Shown: positions 35,920-49,640 of the stretch, piece after piece | How the letters are laid out: each line of letters starts with the position of its first letter | How positions within the stretch are numbered: position 1 is the first letter of the stretch | Source of the DNA: Macrostomum lignano | Taxonomy: Eukaryota | NCBI GenBank assembly: GCA_002269645.1 | Contig: NIVC01002024.1 | Span: forward strand, 88,158 to 152,157 | DNA: 64,000 nucleotides | Reading direction: 5' to 3' | The notes under the pieces: model-generated | Told to the model about the DNA's origin: nothing | Database searches by the model: none | The model's input: the letters and a program-made list of their open reading frames with translations, nothing else | Made by a program: the position numbers and the translations under genes

Positions 35920-36380
35920 CCTCATTTCCTCTCTGAGCCTCACTCCCTTCATTTCCTCTCTGAGCCTCACTCCCTTCATTTCCTCTCTGAGCCTCACTCC
36001 CTTCATTTCCTCTCTGAGTCTCACTCCCTTCAACTCCCTCTGAGTCTCACTCCCTTCATCTCCTCTCTGAGTCTCACTCCCTTCATTTCCTCTCTGAGTC
36101 TCACTCCCTTCATCGACTCTCTGAGTCTCACTCCCTTCATTTCCTCTCTGAGTCTCACTCCCTTCATTTCCTCTCTGAGCCTCACTCCCTTCATCTACTC
36201 TCTGAGTCTCACTCCCTTCATCGACTCTCTGAGTCTCACTCCCTTCATTTCCTCTCTGAGCCTCACTCCCTTCATCTACTCTCTGAGTCTCACTCCCTCC
36301 GATATCCTATCGTAGTCCCACTCCCTTTAACTCCCCTCTCAGTCTCACTCCCCTCATCTCCTCTCTCTGTCTCACTCCCT
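35920..36380. repeat. 27-bp pyrimidine-rich minisatellite TCTCTGAGTCTCACTCCCTTCATTTCC
   Basis: Visible array. Confidence 0.88.
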
Positions 36381-36729
36381 CCATCTCCTCTTCTCAGTCT
36401 CATCCGTCTCTCATTCTTAATGTCAAGCGGTATTTTCTGTCGATACAGCAAAATAGAGCATTAATTTGATTTCTCTTCTCCAGAAAGGCGCCTTTGTGTG
36501 ACCTGACACAGAAATCCCATAATGCCTGCCCTCTAACCTGCGTAGGCTGAAGAGATTCAGAGCTGTAGCCAAGATCCTCACATGCCTTCTGATTTGTAAC
36601 TTGACACTCCTCCTCTTTTCATGCGCAGTTTTTTGCTGTTGAGCTGAACAGGAGAACTTACCCTGTGATTTATATGGGCTCGCTTGTTTTCCCTAGATGA
36701 GCTATATTATTTGATGCGTTTTCATCTGG

Positions 36730-37250
36730 CCATTGTTCACCCACGTCTATAAGTTATTAGGGTCATTGTTCACCCACGTCTATAAGCTATTAGGGTCATT
36801 GTTCACCCACGTCTATAAGCTATTAGGGCCAGTGTTCACCCACGTCTATAAGCTATTAGGGCCAGTGTTCACCCACGTCTATAAGCTATTAGGGCCAGTG
36901 TTCACCCACGTCTATAAGCTATTAGGGCCATTGTTCGCCCACGTTTATTGGCTATTAGGGTCATTGTTCCCCCACGTTTATTGGCTATTAGGGTCATTGT
37001 TCACCCAAGTTTATAAGCTATTAGGGTCATTGTTCACCCATGTCTATAAGTTATTAGGGTCATTGTTCACCCATGTCTATAAGTTATTAGGGTCATTGTT
37101 CACCCATGTCTATAAGCTATTAGGGTCATTGTTCACCCATGTCTATAAGCTATTAGGGTCATTGTTCACCCATGTCTATAAGCTATTAGGGTCATTGTTC
37201 ACCCACGTTTATAGGCTATTAGGGTCATTGTTCACCCACACTCATTCTAT
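36730..37250. repeat. 33-bp minisatellite TTGTTCACCCACGTCTATAAGCTATTAGGGTCA
   Basis: About 15 copies. Confidence 0.9.
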
Positions 37251-37681
37251 TAGGTCATTATGCTCAATGTTCAATAAATATTACAGTTTTTTTCTATGAC
37301 AAAGTCAGAGTCAAAGTAACAAATAACAAAGTAACGAAGTACATGTAAAACGTTTCATGTCAAAAGTCTGCGCCCATAGGAGTTCTCATGGGATGATCAG
37401 CCTTGCGTGAAACGGTAGAAATGTTAGAAGCTTTCAAGTTCTAAACGTTTTCGGTTTTTTGCCATTTTACATATGTATATCTCCTCAAGTCAGTTGCAGC
37501 AGCCTCCGTGCTCTCAGGTGCTTACAGACAGGTGCCTGCAAGTTACTCAGGAGTTCTGCTTCGTTGCTTAAATCATTAATGAATGTTAGATAACATATCG
37601 GGGTCACTATCGTCTTCGCCTCATTCCCACGGGGAAAAATAGTGGGGCAGATGATTGCACATTTCCGAATTTCCGAATTTC

Positions 37682-37822
37682 CGACTGACTGACTGACTGA
37701 CTGACATGAGTGAGTGAGTGGCTGACTGACTGACTGACTGACTGACATGAGTGAGTGAGTGGCTGACTGACTGACTGACTGACTGACTGACTGACTGACT
37801 GACTGACTGACTGACTGACTGC
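37682..37822. repeat. (GACT)n microsatellite with GAGT interruptions
   Basis: Visible. Confidence 0.9.
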
Positions 37823-37996
37823 CTACATGAGTTTCATCTCTCCCCCAATCAGACCGCTACAGTCTTTTTGGCTAAGTGCAGCAGCCACCAATGAGAGCTG
37901 GCAGCCCGTAGTGTTCAATACATAGCCATCTACAAAGATATAATAAGGAACTACTTGTGTCACTGAGTCTCCACCGTACAGCAGCTGGAACCGTCA

Positions 37997-40900
37997 ATGC
38001 CAGTCAACATGGGCTCCAGCCGGTGCTGTCCTGAATGGCATCGCCGGTTGACAGCGGCAGCGCTGGCCTCAATACTGCTGCTTGTCGCCTGCCTAGCAAC
38101 CAGCTTATCCTTTCTAGCGCTGCGATCTGCTCACAGTTCTCAATCGACTCAAAGTCGGATTTCACCGACTGGTGAGAGCGCCGATTTGAAAATGGACGCG
38201 ACAGAGGGTGATGAGGATGGCGCTGAGGGTAGTCGGAAGCTGATTGCGTCAAGGCCGGAGCTGCTGCTGTGGAAATCGAGTAGCTCGACTGACGAGCGAC
38301 TGGGAGAGGCTCGGTTTCACCGTGAGTTGCGCCCCTGCGGCTCTTTGGTGCCGCTTGCACATCACCTGTCTATCCAGTGTCTCTATCACCTGTCTATCCA
38401 GTGTCTCTATCACCTGTCTATCCAGTGTCTCTATCACCTGTCTATCCAGTGTCTCTATCACCTGTCTATCCAGTGTCTCTATCACCTGTCTATCCAGTGT
38501 CTCTATCACCTGTCTATCCAGTGTCTCTATCACCTGTCTATCCAGTGTCTCTATCACCTGTCTATCCAGTGTCTCTATCACCTGTCTATCCAGTGTCTCT
38601 ATCACCTGTCTATCCAGTGTCTCTATCACCTGTCTATCCAGTGTCTCTATCACCTGTCTATCCAGTGTCTCTATCACCTGTCTATCCAGTGTCTCTATCA
38701 CCTGTCTATCCAGTGTCTCTATCACCTGTCTATCCAGTGTCTCTATCACCTGTCTATCCAGTGTCTCTATCACCTGTCTATCCAGTGTCTCTATCACCTG
38801 TCTATCCAGTGTCTCTATCACCTGTCTATCCAGTGTCTCTATCACCTGTCTATCCAGTGTCTCTATCACCTGTCTATCCAGTGTCTCTATCACCTGTCTA
38901 TCCAGTGTCTCTATCACCTGTCTATCCAGTGTCTCTATCACCTGTCTATCCAGTGTCTCTATCACCTGTCTATCCAGTGTCTCTATCACCTGTCTATCCA
39001 GTGTCTCTATCACCTGTCTATCCAGTGTCTCTATCACCTGTCTATCCAGTGTCTCTATCACCTGTCTATCCAGTGTCTCTATCACCTGTCTATCCAGTGT
39101 CTCTATCACCTGTCTATCCAGTGTCTCTATCACCTGTCTATCCAGTGTCTCTATCACCTGTCTATCCAGTGTCTCTATCACCTGTCTATCCAGTGTCTCT
39201 ATCACCTGTCTATCCAGTGTCTCTATCACCTGTCTATCCAGTGTCTCTATCACCCGTCTATCCAGTGTCTCTATCACCTGTCTATCCAGTGTCTCTATCA
39301 CCTGTCTATCCAGTGTCTCTATCACCTGTCTATCCAGTGTCTCTATCACCCGTCTATCCAGTGTCTCTATCACCTGTCTATCCAATGTCTCTATCACCTA
39401 TCTATCGAATCCCTATCATCTACTTACCCAATCCCCCTGTCCCATACATACCCAATCTTCCTGTCCCCTACCTACCCAACCCCCCTGTCCTCTACCTACC
39501 CAATCCCCCTGTCCTCTACCTACCCAATTCCCCTGCCCCCTACCTACCCAATCCCCCTGTCCCATACATACCCAATCTTCCTGTCCCCTACCTACCCAAC
39601 CCCCCTGTCCCCTACCTACCCAATCCCCCTGTCCTCTACCTACCCAATTCCCCTGCCCCCTACCTACCCAATCCCCCTGTCCCCTACCTACCCAATTCCC
39701 CTGCCGCCTACCTACCCAATCCCCCTGTCCTCTACCTACCCAACCCCCCTGTCCCATACCTACCCAACCCCCTTCTCCTCTACCTACCCAACCCCCTGTC
39801 CCCTACCTACCCAATCCCCCTGTCCTCTACCTACCCAATTCCCCTGCCCCCTACCTACCCAATCCCCCTGTCCCCTACCTACCCAATTCCCCTGCCCCCT
39901 ACCTACCCAATCCCCCTGTCCTCTACCTACCCAATTCCCCTGCCCCCTACCTACCCAACCCCCCTGTCCTCTACCTACCCAATCCCCCTGTCCTCTACCT
40001 ACCCAATCCCCCTGTCCTCTACCTACCCAACCCCCTGTCCCATACCTACCCAACCCCCTTCTCCTCTACCTACCCAATCCCCCTGTTCCCTTATCTGTAT
40101 TTATCAAAAAGTTAGCCGGTAGGGTAGACTCAATCCGTTCCTGTTGTGACCAGGTTCTTTTTTAAATATTTTCTTAGCAAAGTTTTTATCGCGATTAAAC
40201 AAATCCTTGTTGGTTTATCGCTGCATGGCTCTGGCGCTAAATAAGAGGTGATTTTATTGGTATCGATAAATATATGCGATGCACCCTAGCTTTAGCGGTA
40301 AGTAATAAAACAAATTGAGTGCTTTAGCGACTTAATGAATTATTCAGACACCTAGAGCCCACGCCTACGAGGTTTATGTGTCAATCTCATTAGGCTTCAT
40401 CAAGTACAGTCAGTTAAAAAAAGTTAATTTGCTATTAGGTTTCATTGGACATTGATGACCGCCGCTATAACCCTCCACTTCCCATCACAGTCCGCCTCTT
40501 CCGCTTCCAAAAACAGGCTTAGCCTTGCCGTGGGAAATCTATGCAGTCCTCATTATTTAACAGGGATATCTTCTAATCTTCTTAATCTGTGTTTTGATTT
40601 CCTTTGAAATGCACTTTGTATTGTTACCTGCCTACCTGATCACTCTGCCACTCTCCCCTCTGCCACTCTCCCCTCTGCAACTCTCCCCTCTGCCACTCTC
40701 CCCTCTGCCACTCTCCCCTCTGCAACTCTCCCCTCTGCCACTCTCCCCTCTGCAACTCTCCCCTCTGCCACTCTCCCCTCTGCCACTCTCCCCTCTGCCC
40801 ACTCTCCCCTCTGCCCACTCTCCCCTCTGCCACTCTCCCCTCTGCCACTCTCCCCTCTGCCACTCTCCCCTCTGCCCACTCTCCCCTCTGCCACTCTCCC

Positions 40901-42324
40901 CTCTGCAACTCTCCCCTCTGCCACTCTCCCCTCTGCCACTCTCCCCTCTGCCACTCTCCCCTCTGCAACTCTCCCCTCTGCCACTCTCCCCTCTGCAACT
41001 CTCCCCTCTGCCACTCTCCCCTCTGCCACTCTCCCCTCTGCAACTCTCCCCTCTGCCACTCTCCCCTCTGCAACTCTCCCCTCTGCCACTCTCCCCTCTG
41101 CCACTCTCCCCTCTGCCACTCTCCCCTCTGCCACTCTCCCCTCTGCCCACTCTCCCCTCTGCCCACTCTCCCCTCTGCCACTCTCCCCTCTGCCACTCTC
41201 CCCTCTGCCACTCTCTCTCTCCACTCCCCCTTTCTCTTTTCTAATCCTTTCTCATCCTCTTTATACCCAAAACAGCCTCTTTATTCAGAAATCTGTTTAG
41301 CTTCTATCACCCGAACTGTACTTTAATTTCCCGTTTATAAATTATCCAATTAAAAATACTGTAATTTCAGCCGCATCATTTCTATCAGAGAGCTCCATCC
41401 TGAGCAGCACTGTGTACTGCGATCCGCCCACGGTCAGTCAGCTGAGCAAATTTTACAGCGAGCCAACCTGGCTGTGCAGAAATGTCAGGTGAGAGACCGG
41501 GTTTAAACTCCTGCTGAGGCAGTAAGGAGAGACAGAGTAGAGAGGGAGGAGGAAGTAGAGTGAGATGGCGAGGGAGAGGGAGGAAAAGAAGTAGAGGGAG
41601 AGTAAGAAGTAGAGGGAGAGAGAGAGAGAGAGAGAGAAAGAAGTAGAGGCAGAGAGAGAGAGAGAGAAAGAAGTAGAGGCAGAGAGAGAAAGAAGTAGAG
41701 GGAGAGAGAAGAGAGAAAGAAGTAGAGGCAGAGAGAGAGAGAGAAAGAAGTGGAGGGAGAGGGAGAGAAAGAAGTAGAAGGAGAGAGAAGAGAGAAAGAA
41801 GTAGAGGCAGAGAGAGAGAGAGAAAGAAGTGGAGGGAGAGGGAGAGAAAGAAGTAGAAGGAGAAAGAGAGAGAAAGAAGTGGAGGGAGAGGGAGAGAAAT
41901 AAGTAGAGGGAGAGAGGGAGAGGAAGAGTAAGAAGTAGCTCGTAGAGGGAGAGGAAGAGGGAGGAGAGGTAGAGCAGACTTAGCAGTATTCAAAGCAGCC
42001 TCATGGCTGCGGCTGACTATGAAGGCATTCGAATATGTATTTAAAGTAGCCCAGAGTTGCAAGCCTTCAAATCTGGCTTGCCAGTCCAGCATACTATCAC
42101 AAAATACAATATCCTGTCGCCTTGCTTCTGGCTTTGAAGCCTCTCGATCTCTCTCGCTCCCTTCTCACCTGCCCTGCATCAATTAGCGCGACATAATATA
42201 GTGACCTAACACTTGATTAAAAGTACAAGCCGAACTAAATGCTATATGCTTTAATAATCCACATTACAAAAAATGGTTTGGTTCGTACCGGGAATTACTC
42301 TGAGCCACTCCATCTACGTGTAGG

Positions 42325-42364
<40 letters not shown>

Positions 42365-44283
42365 GGTAGCCGGACTGGTTGAAGTGGAACTCAAAGTGGG
42401 AATTGGACGCAGACTAACGGAAATTCACTGAGTTGCCAAGCGAGACTACTCTTGAGTACTCGTAGTTACGGAGCGCCGTGCGTGCAGAGCGACCTCAGGC
42501 TTTGACCTCAGCTGCTTTTTGCCGTCGTTTGCCCTGCTTTGGGGCTGAGCTATGACCTAGTTTTTGATTGAGCAGCTTTTCAGCTATTGCCGTGTAGCAT
42601 GCTTCTCCTGATCCATCTCTCTCTCTCCTCTCCCCTATCTTTATCTCCCTCTTCTACTCTCCCTCTTCCTCTCACTCCCTCTCTCCCTCTCCCTCTCCCT
42701 CTCCCTCTCCATCTCTTTACTCTCCTTCCCTCTCACCCCTCCCTCTCTCCCTCTCCCTCTCCCTCTCCATCTCTTTACTCTCCTTCCCTCTCACCCCTCC
42801 CTCTCTCCCTCTCCCTCTCCCTCTCCCTCTCCATCTCTTTACTCTCCTTCCCTCTCACCCCTCCCTCTCTCCCTCTCCCTCTCCCTCTCCCTCTCCCTCT
42901 CCATCTCTTTACTCTCCTTCCCTCTCACCCCTCCCCTCTCCCTCTCATTCTGCCCTGACGAAGAGTCATCTTACTCGAAATATCGGCAACTTTAATTAAA
43001 TTGAAACTTTTATTCGCCCTTTCACTGTGTGGAAGATGGAGGTGCGCTACTCTCTCCTCCCCTCTCTCTCCCTCTCCCTCTTCATCTCCTTTTTGCTTCC
43101 ACCTTTTCTCGATTCTCCCTCTTTCACTCGCACTTTCCCCCTTTTCCTTCTTCTCCCCACCCCTTCTCAAGTTTTACGTTGAAAAGTAAACGAAGCATCG
43201 CATCTCTTGCCCCATATTTATCTTGCTCACAGTTCCCGCCTAAGTCTCTTTTAAATCTAATAGGCTCACGTGTCACTCTCAGGTAAGCAGTAAATTATTC
43301 AATGCCACTTAGAAATGATTAACAGTACACTGATTGAGCTATTCATATTCTGGTTGCCTATAAGTTCTACTAGTATGAGTACTTTTAAAGCCTTGCAATG
43401 TTGAATCTAACGCATTAACTATACTGTAAGTTTGCGTAAACAAGTGCATTGAGTGCTTTAAAAAAAAGAAAAAATCTTTATTTAGAAGTCAAACAGATAG
43501 TTCATTGGAAGAGCATTCGCTTAATTGGAGACTGAGATAAGAAAACAGAAAAGTACTAGTAAGAAAATGTCACGTCCCTGCGAGCTTAAGGCTCTGCGTG
43601 TTTGTTTGCTCGAATAAGAGTCTTCAGTATGGGGAACTGTTCATTTGAAAATTACTTGTTTTCAAACGCAATATTCAATAAGTTAAGTTGAGGTACTTCA
43701 ATAATAGAATGACGTAATCTAGAAATTTCGTCATGTTAAGAATGATGTCATCTAGAGATTTTCGTCATCTTAAGAATTACGTCATCTAGAGATTTTCGTC
43801 ATGTTAAGAATCAGGTAAACAGTAGAGCAGCAGCAGCAGAGAGAGAAAGAAGTAGAGGGAGAGAGAAGAGAGAATGAAGTAGAGGGAGAGAGAGAGAAAG
43901 AAGTAGAGGCAGAGAGAGAGAGAGAAAGAAGTAGAGGGAGAGAGAGAAAGAAGTAGAGAGGGAGAGAGAGAAAGAAGTAGAGAGAGGGGGAGAGAGAGAA
44001 AGAAGTAGAGAGGGAGAGAGAGAAAGAAGTAGAGAGAGGGGAGAGAGAGAAAGAAGTAGAGAGGGAGAGAGAGAAAGAAGTAGAGAGAGGGGGAGAGAGA
44101 GAAAGAAGTAGAGAGGGAGAGAGAGAAAGAAGTAGAGAGAGGGGGAGAGAGAGAAAGAAGTAGAGAGAGGGGGAGAGAGAGAAAGAAGTAGAGAGGGAGA
44201 GAGAGAAAGAAGTAGAGAGAGGGGGAGAGAGAGAAAGAAGTAGAGGGAAAGAGAGAGAGAAAGAAGTAGAGGGAGAGAGAGTG

Positions 44284-44314
<31 letters not shown>

Positions 44315-45650
44315 GAAAGAAGTAGAGGGAGAGAGAGATCTCTAGAGATCAGAGTGGCAGAAAATCTAGAGATTTTCGTCATCTTAAGAATGACGTAATC
44401 TAAAAATTTTATCATCTTAAGAATGACGTCATCTAGAAATTTTCGTCACCTTAAGAATTACGTCATCCAGAAATTTTCGTCATCTTAAGAATGACGTCAT
44501 CCATGAATGACGTCGCCCGAAATTGACGTCCTCTACGAATGACAGAATCTAAAAATGATGCTTTCTGAAACTGACTGTAGATAACTTTGCTTGATTACGT
44601 AATTTTCCAGATGACCGTTATTTCCAGACTGACACCTATAGCTATACTTAATTTCAAAATTCCAGAGTGGGAAATCGTCGACTGCCATTCACGGACACGA
44701 CATCGCGCAACCAGGACGATGTGTTCATGCTGCGCAAACTGGAGCTGGACTTGGCTGGCTGGGATCTGCGCAACGAGATGTGCGGCCGACTGCCCGAACG
44801 CGGGAATAACGTCTTTCTTTTCTGCGAATTTCTGCTGGCTTCGCTGCTCACTGCAGCCCAAAACTCGGCCGCTGCATCCACTATTAAATCTTCATCTGTT
44901 CACGTGAGCCTCCACTGACCCCTAGATGCAAATTTTATGCCGATTTGTAATTAGGTTAATTGCTAACAGCTTTCCAATAAATTGCTAGGCTTATTAGATA
45001 GTTAAAACTTCATAATCCATAATCCGCTTTAATTAATCCATCTGTGCTGATTTTCTTCTGATAGAATATTGTAAAAGCAGTTCACGTAGACCCATATTTG
45101 TGTGTGCCTGCAGGGTGTCAGGTTGTGTGTCTTCTATCAAAGATTGTCTCTTCTATCAAAGATTGTGTCTTTTCTATCAAAGATTGTGTCTCTTCTATCA
45201 AAGATTGTGTCTCTTCTATCAAAGATTGTGTCTCATCTATCAAAGATTGTGTCTCTTCTATCAAAGATTGTGTCTCTTCTATCAAAGATTGTGTCTCTTT
45301 TATCAAAGATTGTGTCTCTTCTATCAAAGATTGTGTCTCTTCTATCAAATATTGTGTCTCTTCTATCAAATATTGTGTCTCTTCTATCAAAGATTGTGTC
45401 TCTTTTATGCAAGCATGTGTCTCTTGTCTGCCAGATTGTGTCTCTTGTACATGTATGTCAAATTGTCAATTGGCATATCTCTCGAACACTCACTATACAG
45501 GTGCCATTCGGCAACTGCTCCCTACCTGAGCACGGCAGAGCCATCCTGATTGGCAATTCCAAAGACACGGCCGCTTGGCACCACGAGGACAAATTGTGGC
45601 CCGGGTTTATTGCCGACATTTTCTGCTCATTTTCTCGACGCAAAAGCTGA
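37997..45650 (+). CDS. Orphan type II membrane protein, partial multi-exon model
   Basis: Phase-consistent minimal join: 37997-38321 ([28 protein letters not shown]|GTGAGT), 41389-41488, 44666-44903 and 45501-45650 (stop). Further candidate exons at 33352-33405 and 43232-43281 could not be placed in frame. No family recognised. Confidence 0.5.
38360..39400. repeat. Near-perfect 24-bp minisatellite CACCTGTCTATCCAGTGTCTCTAT, about 43 copies
   Basis: Only rare single-base variants, implying recent expansion; begins about 40 nt after a splice donor. Confidence 0.95.
39415..40090. repeat. C-rich minisatellite of about 20-21 bp (TACCTACCCAATCCCCCTGTCC variants)
   Basis: Visible array abutting the 24-bp array. 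Confidence 0.88.
40640..41215. repeat. 15-bp minisatellite CTCTGCCACTCTCCC
   Basis: About 38 copies. Confidence 0.92.
41525..41970. repeat. GA-rich array based on GAGAGAAAGAAGTAGAGG
   Basis: The same motif recurs at 43820-44340. Confidence 0.85.
42951..42988 (+). ncRNA. Minimal type I hammerhead ribozyme (Penelope/retrozyme style)
   Basis: UGCC-CUGACGA-A-GAGU(CAUCUU)ACUC-GAAA-UA-UC-GGCA: intact core boxes, 4-bp stems I and II, palindromic AUAU in place of stem III; predicted cleavage after C42984. Confidence 0.72.
43700..44530. repeat. Degenerate array of about 34-35 bp (TGACGTCATCTAGAGATTTTCGTCATCTTAAGAA) split by a GA-rich block at 43820-44340
   Basis: Units lie on both sides of the GA block. 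Confidence 0.8.
45125..45425. repeat. 21-bp minisatellite TCTATCAAAGATTGTGTCTCT
   Basis: About 14 copies in the last intron of the orphan gene. Confidence 0.9.
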
Positions 45651-45764
45651 GCCACTTGTAGAGTAGGGCACGTGTTCTAAGTCCGTTTTGTACCTGTGAA
45701 ATGAGATTTTTTCTAGGTTTATTACTGTTTTTTGTGTAGAATTTGCAAGACCCTTCGGATTCGT

Positions 45765-46225
45765 TTCGATCACGTGACTATAATACGCGTCTCTTTCTGA
45801 GGTGGGTTAGCTTGTAAAACTTCTGGATAGGAGTGGCCTCGCTTCTGATCACGTGACTGAACTGATATTGTCTAGCTGCGGGAATTGGTGAGAAACCTCC
45901 AGGTTTGGCCTCGCCTCTGATCACGTGACTGGACTGATATTGTCTAGCTGCGGGAATTGGTGAGAAACCCCCAGGGGTGGCCTCGCTTCTAATCACGTGA
46001 CTGGACTGATATTGTCTAGCTGCGGGAATTGGTGAGAAACCCCCAGGTTTGGCCTCGCCTCTGATCACGTGACTGGACTGATATTGTCTAGCTGCGGGAA
46101 TTGGTGAGAAACCCCCAGGGGTGGCCTCGCTTCTAATCACGTGACTGGACTGATATTGTCTAGCTGCGGGAATTGGTGAGAAACCCCCAGGTTTGGCCTC
46201 GCCTCTGATCACGTGACTGGACTGA
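45765..46225. repeat. 72-bp minisatellite containing GATCACGTGAC
   Basis: About 6 copies with alternating GTTTGG/GGGTGG variants. Confidence 0.9.
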
Positions 46226-46943
46226 CTGGGGGGGGGGGGCTAGCTACTGAAGTAAAACGTCCAATATTCTCTCTATGATAGATAAGTGTTATCTTCTCAA
46301 GCCAGGGACTGATAAAAGTCGAGCACCCATGCGATAGATTTTTACGCATTTATTTGGTGAGCTTGTTCTGCTCGTTATCAGCGCATATTGGACTCCGAGA
46401 TGTGAACGTGCGTGTTTCTTTCCAGATTCAGGATATTATTTGATTCATAACAGTTGCACAATCTTCCCTTCGTGTTGACGCTTATAACTTTCAACGCTAT
46501 ATGGCATTGAATAAAACTTTTGACCAACAAATAACAAGGCGATGCTCTTGCCGAAGGCACTTTCTGAGGTGAGGCTTGAGCAAATTAATAGGGAAACCCG
46601 ACAGTCACACTCACGGGTGATGGAGAATCGACACATGCATGCACGTAGGACTTCTTCGTGTGAACTCATTTTGCGATCAATGTATGGATTGCTGTAAAAA
46701 AATTCGTTTGATGACGTCACAGGCTTTATAGTAGCGTACTGACTGATGTAGCACTTCCGTATAAATGTATAATGCCCCTGACACAGGGCTTCGGAAGAGT
46801 GCAGTATCAATTCAGATCTGCTGCGCGTCTTGAATTTAGAGTGATTTCTGGCCTAAAACTGTACCCACCTTCTGGCTGCAATGATGCACGCGTATCTGGA
46901 AATTCTATCTCCCTTGCATAGCGTTGTAATATCTACCTCAGGT

Positions 46944-47250
<307 letters not shown>

Positions 47251-47362
47251 CTGCATTGGTTTCCTGTCGGTGCGATCTCATAGAGCATCTCAGTCTGATG
47301 GGCAAGAGTAGAGGTAGATCGCAGTTCCATGTGTTCGCATGCATGCTACACTGATGCAGAAC

Positions 47363-47398
47363 CAAGGACTTCTAGACTAGCTAGTCTAGAAGTCCTTG
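47363..47398. mobile_element. 36-bp perfect palindrome with an 8-bp TSD (hAT-like mini-element)
   Basis: CAAGGACTTCTAGACTAGCTAGTCTAGAAGTCCTTG flanked by TGCAGAAC at 47355-47362 and 47399-47406. Confidence 0.8.
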
Positions 47399-48724
47399 TG
47401 CAGAACATTGAACTATCATCGAATTATGGTGAGAGCACAGAGAAGCTTTCTCAAGCGAAAATATTGTTTATAGGAATTTCCGCTCTACTGTCAATATAAT
47501 TGCCACCTTGACGTTGAAGCCTTATTAGATAAATTTCTGCCTCATCATAATTTGGTCAAAAGTGCTTTCACTTTTATAAGCATTGTGTACATGCAGTGCA
47601 GGCAAATCTATATATTGATGACATGAACAAGGGGCAGTTCATAGACTGAAGTAAAAAGACAGAAAATAAACTGTCTTTATCCCTCTAAAATTTCGAAATA
47701 TAACTTTACTGATTCTATTATACTAACCCCGCAAACTTCCTAATCTGCAAATTGCACCTACTAATAGTAGTGTAAAAGCAAAACAGTGCATTTAGTATGC
47801 TCTAACAGAACGCATGGCGCTAAATGAGGTTTCGCCAAGTGTCCCTGCTTCAGTTGTCATGGGAAATGATGGTCACGTGATGCCTATACGAATAGGCTAT
47901 TAAAGACTACATGAAGGCTTATATGAGCCCCAGGGTTAAGACCATAGACTGCAGCTTCTGCTACTCTCAATTAGCACTTAAAAAGCATTATTAGAATCTG
48001 ACTGATGTATTACGTAGCACTATGATAGCCTAGCTAACCATAGACAAAAGCTCTAATACTTTGGTAGACATACCGGAGATTAAATTCAATGCGCGTCAGC
48101 TTAAATGGGCTGCTGCAAAGCTACGTGTATATCAGTTACAGTATGTAGTCAGTCAGTCAGAGCACAGATGCGATACGGTCCCCAGACTTCGATCCCAAAA
48201 AACAACCTCAGCTGTGTAATCTAGCTAATCAAGCAATAGCAAATTGCAATCTAATTTAGTCTGCATCGGTCAATCAGCTGCCTCTATTTTGAGCATTATT
48301 ATAGCTATAATAAATCTCGATTCCTTTCTGACTGCAGGAACTGCTCCGATGGAATCAGGATATGCCCCGCCCTCAACCCCCATGATTGTATTTGCTCAAT
48401 TGCTCATACAGATTAGGAGCGTACAGACATTGATATATTATCCAGTTTGTTACTGTAGTCCGCTGGCTGCAGTATTAAGGTATAGGTTCTCTTCATAGTG
48501 CGAGGCTGGCGCTAGCTTGAAATCAGGAGCGTTTTGAGACCAATGCAATCTCAGCATTTTGATCAACTCGCTCCGTGCCCTGTTCCTGAAAATTTCTGTC
48601 AATTAGAGATAAAGCATCCGGGGTGTTTAAACAGGAACTTATGGTCTGCACCTGCCTTGAAGGGTTTCCTGTTTTATTGCTATAGTGCAATATTAATTTT
48701 AATTTATGCTTGATCATGCTGATT

Positions 48725-49640
<916 letters not shown>

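Noticed and set aside
38360-39400. tet-operator array or vector contamination (TCTCTATCAC match)
   Set aside because: Only 10 bp of tetO match, there is no second half-site and no vector sequence is adjacent.
42435-42470. Fourth mini-hAT copy (GAGACTACTCTTGAGTACTC)
   Set aside because: Only the subterminal motif resembles the family; no terminal CAAGGACT/AGTCCTTG and no TSD.
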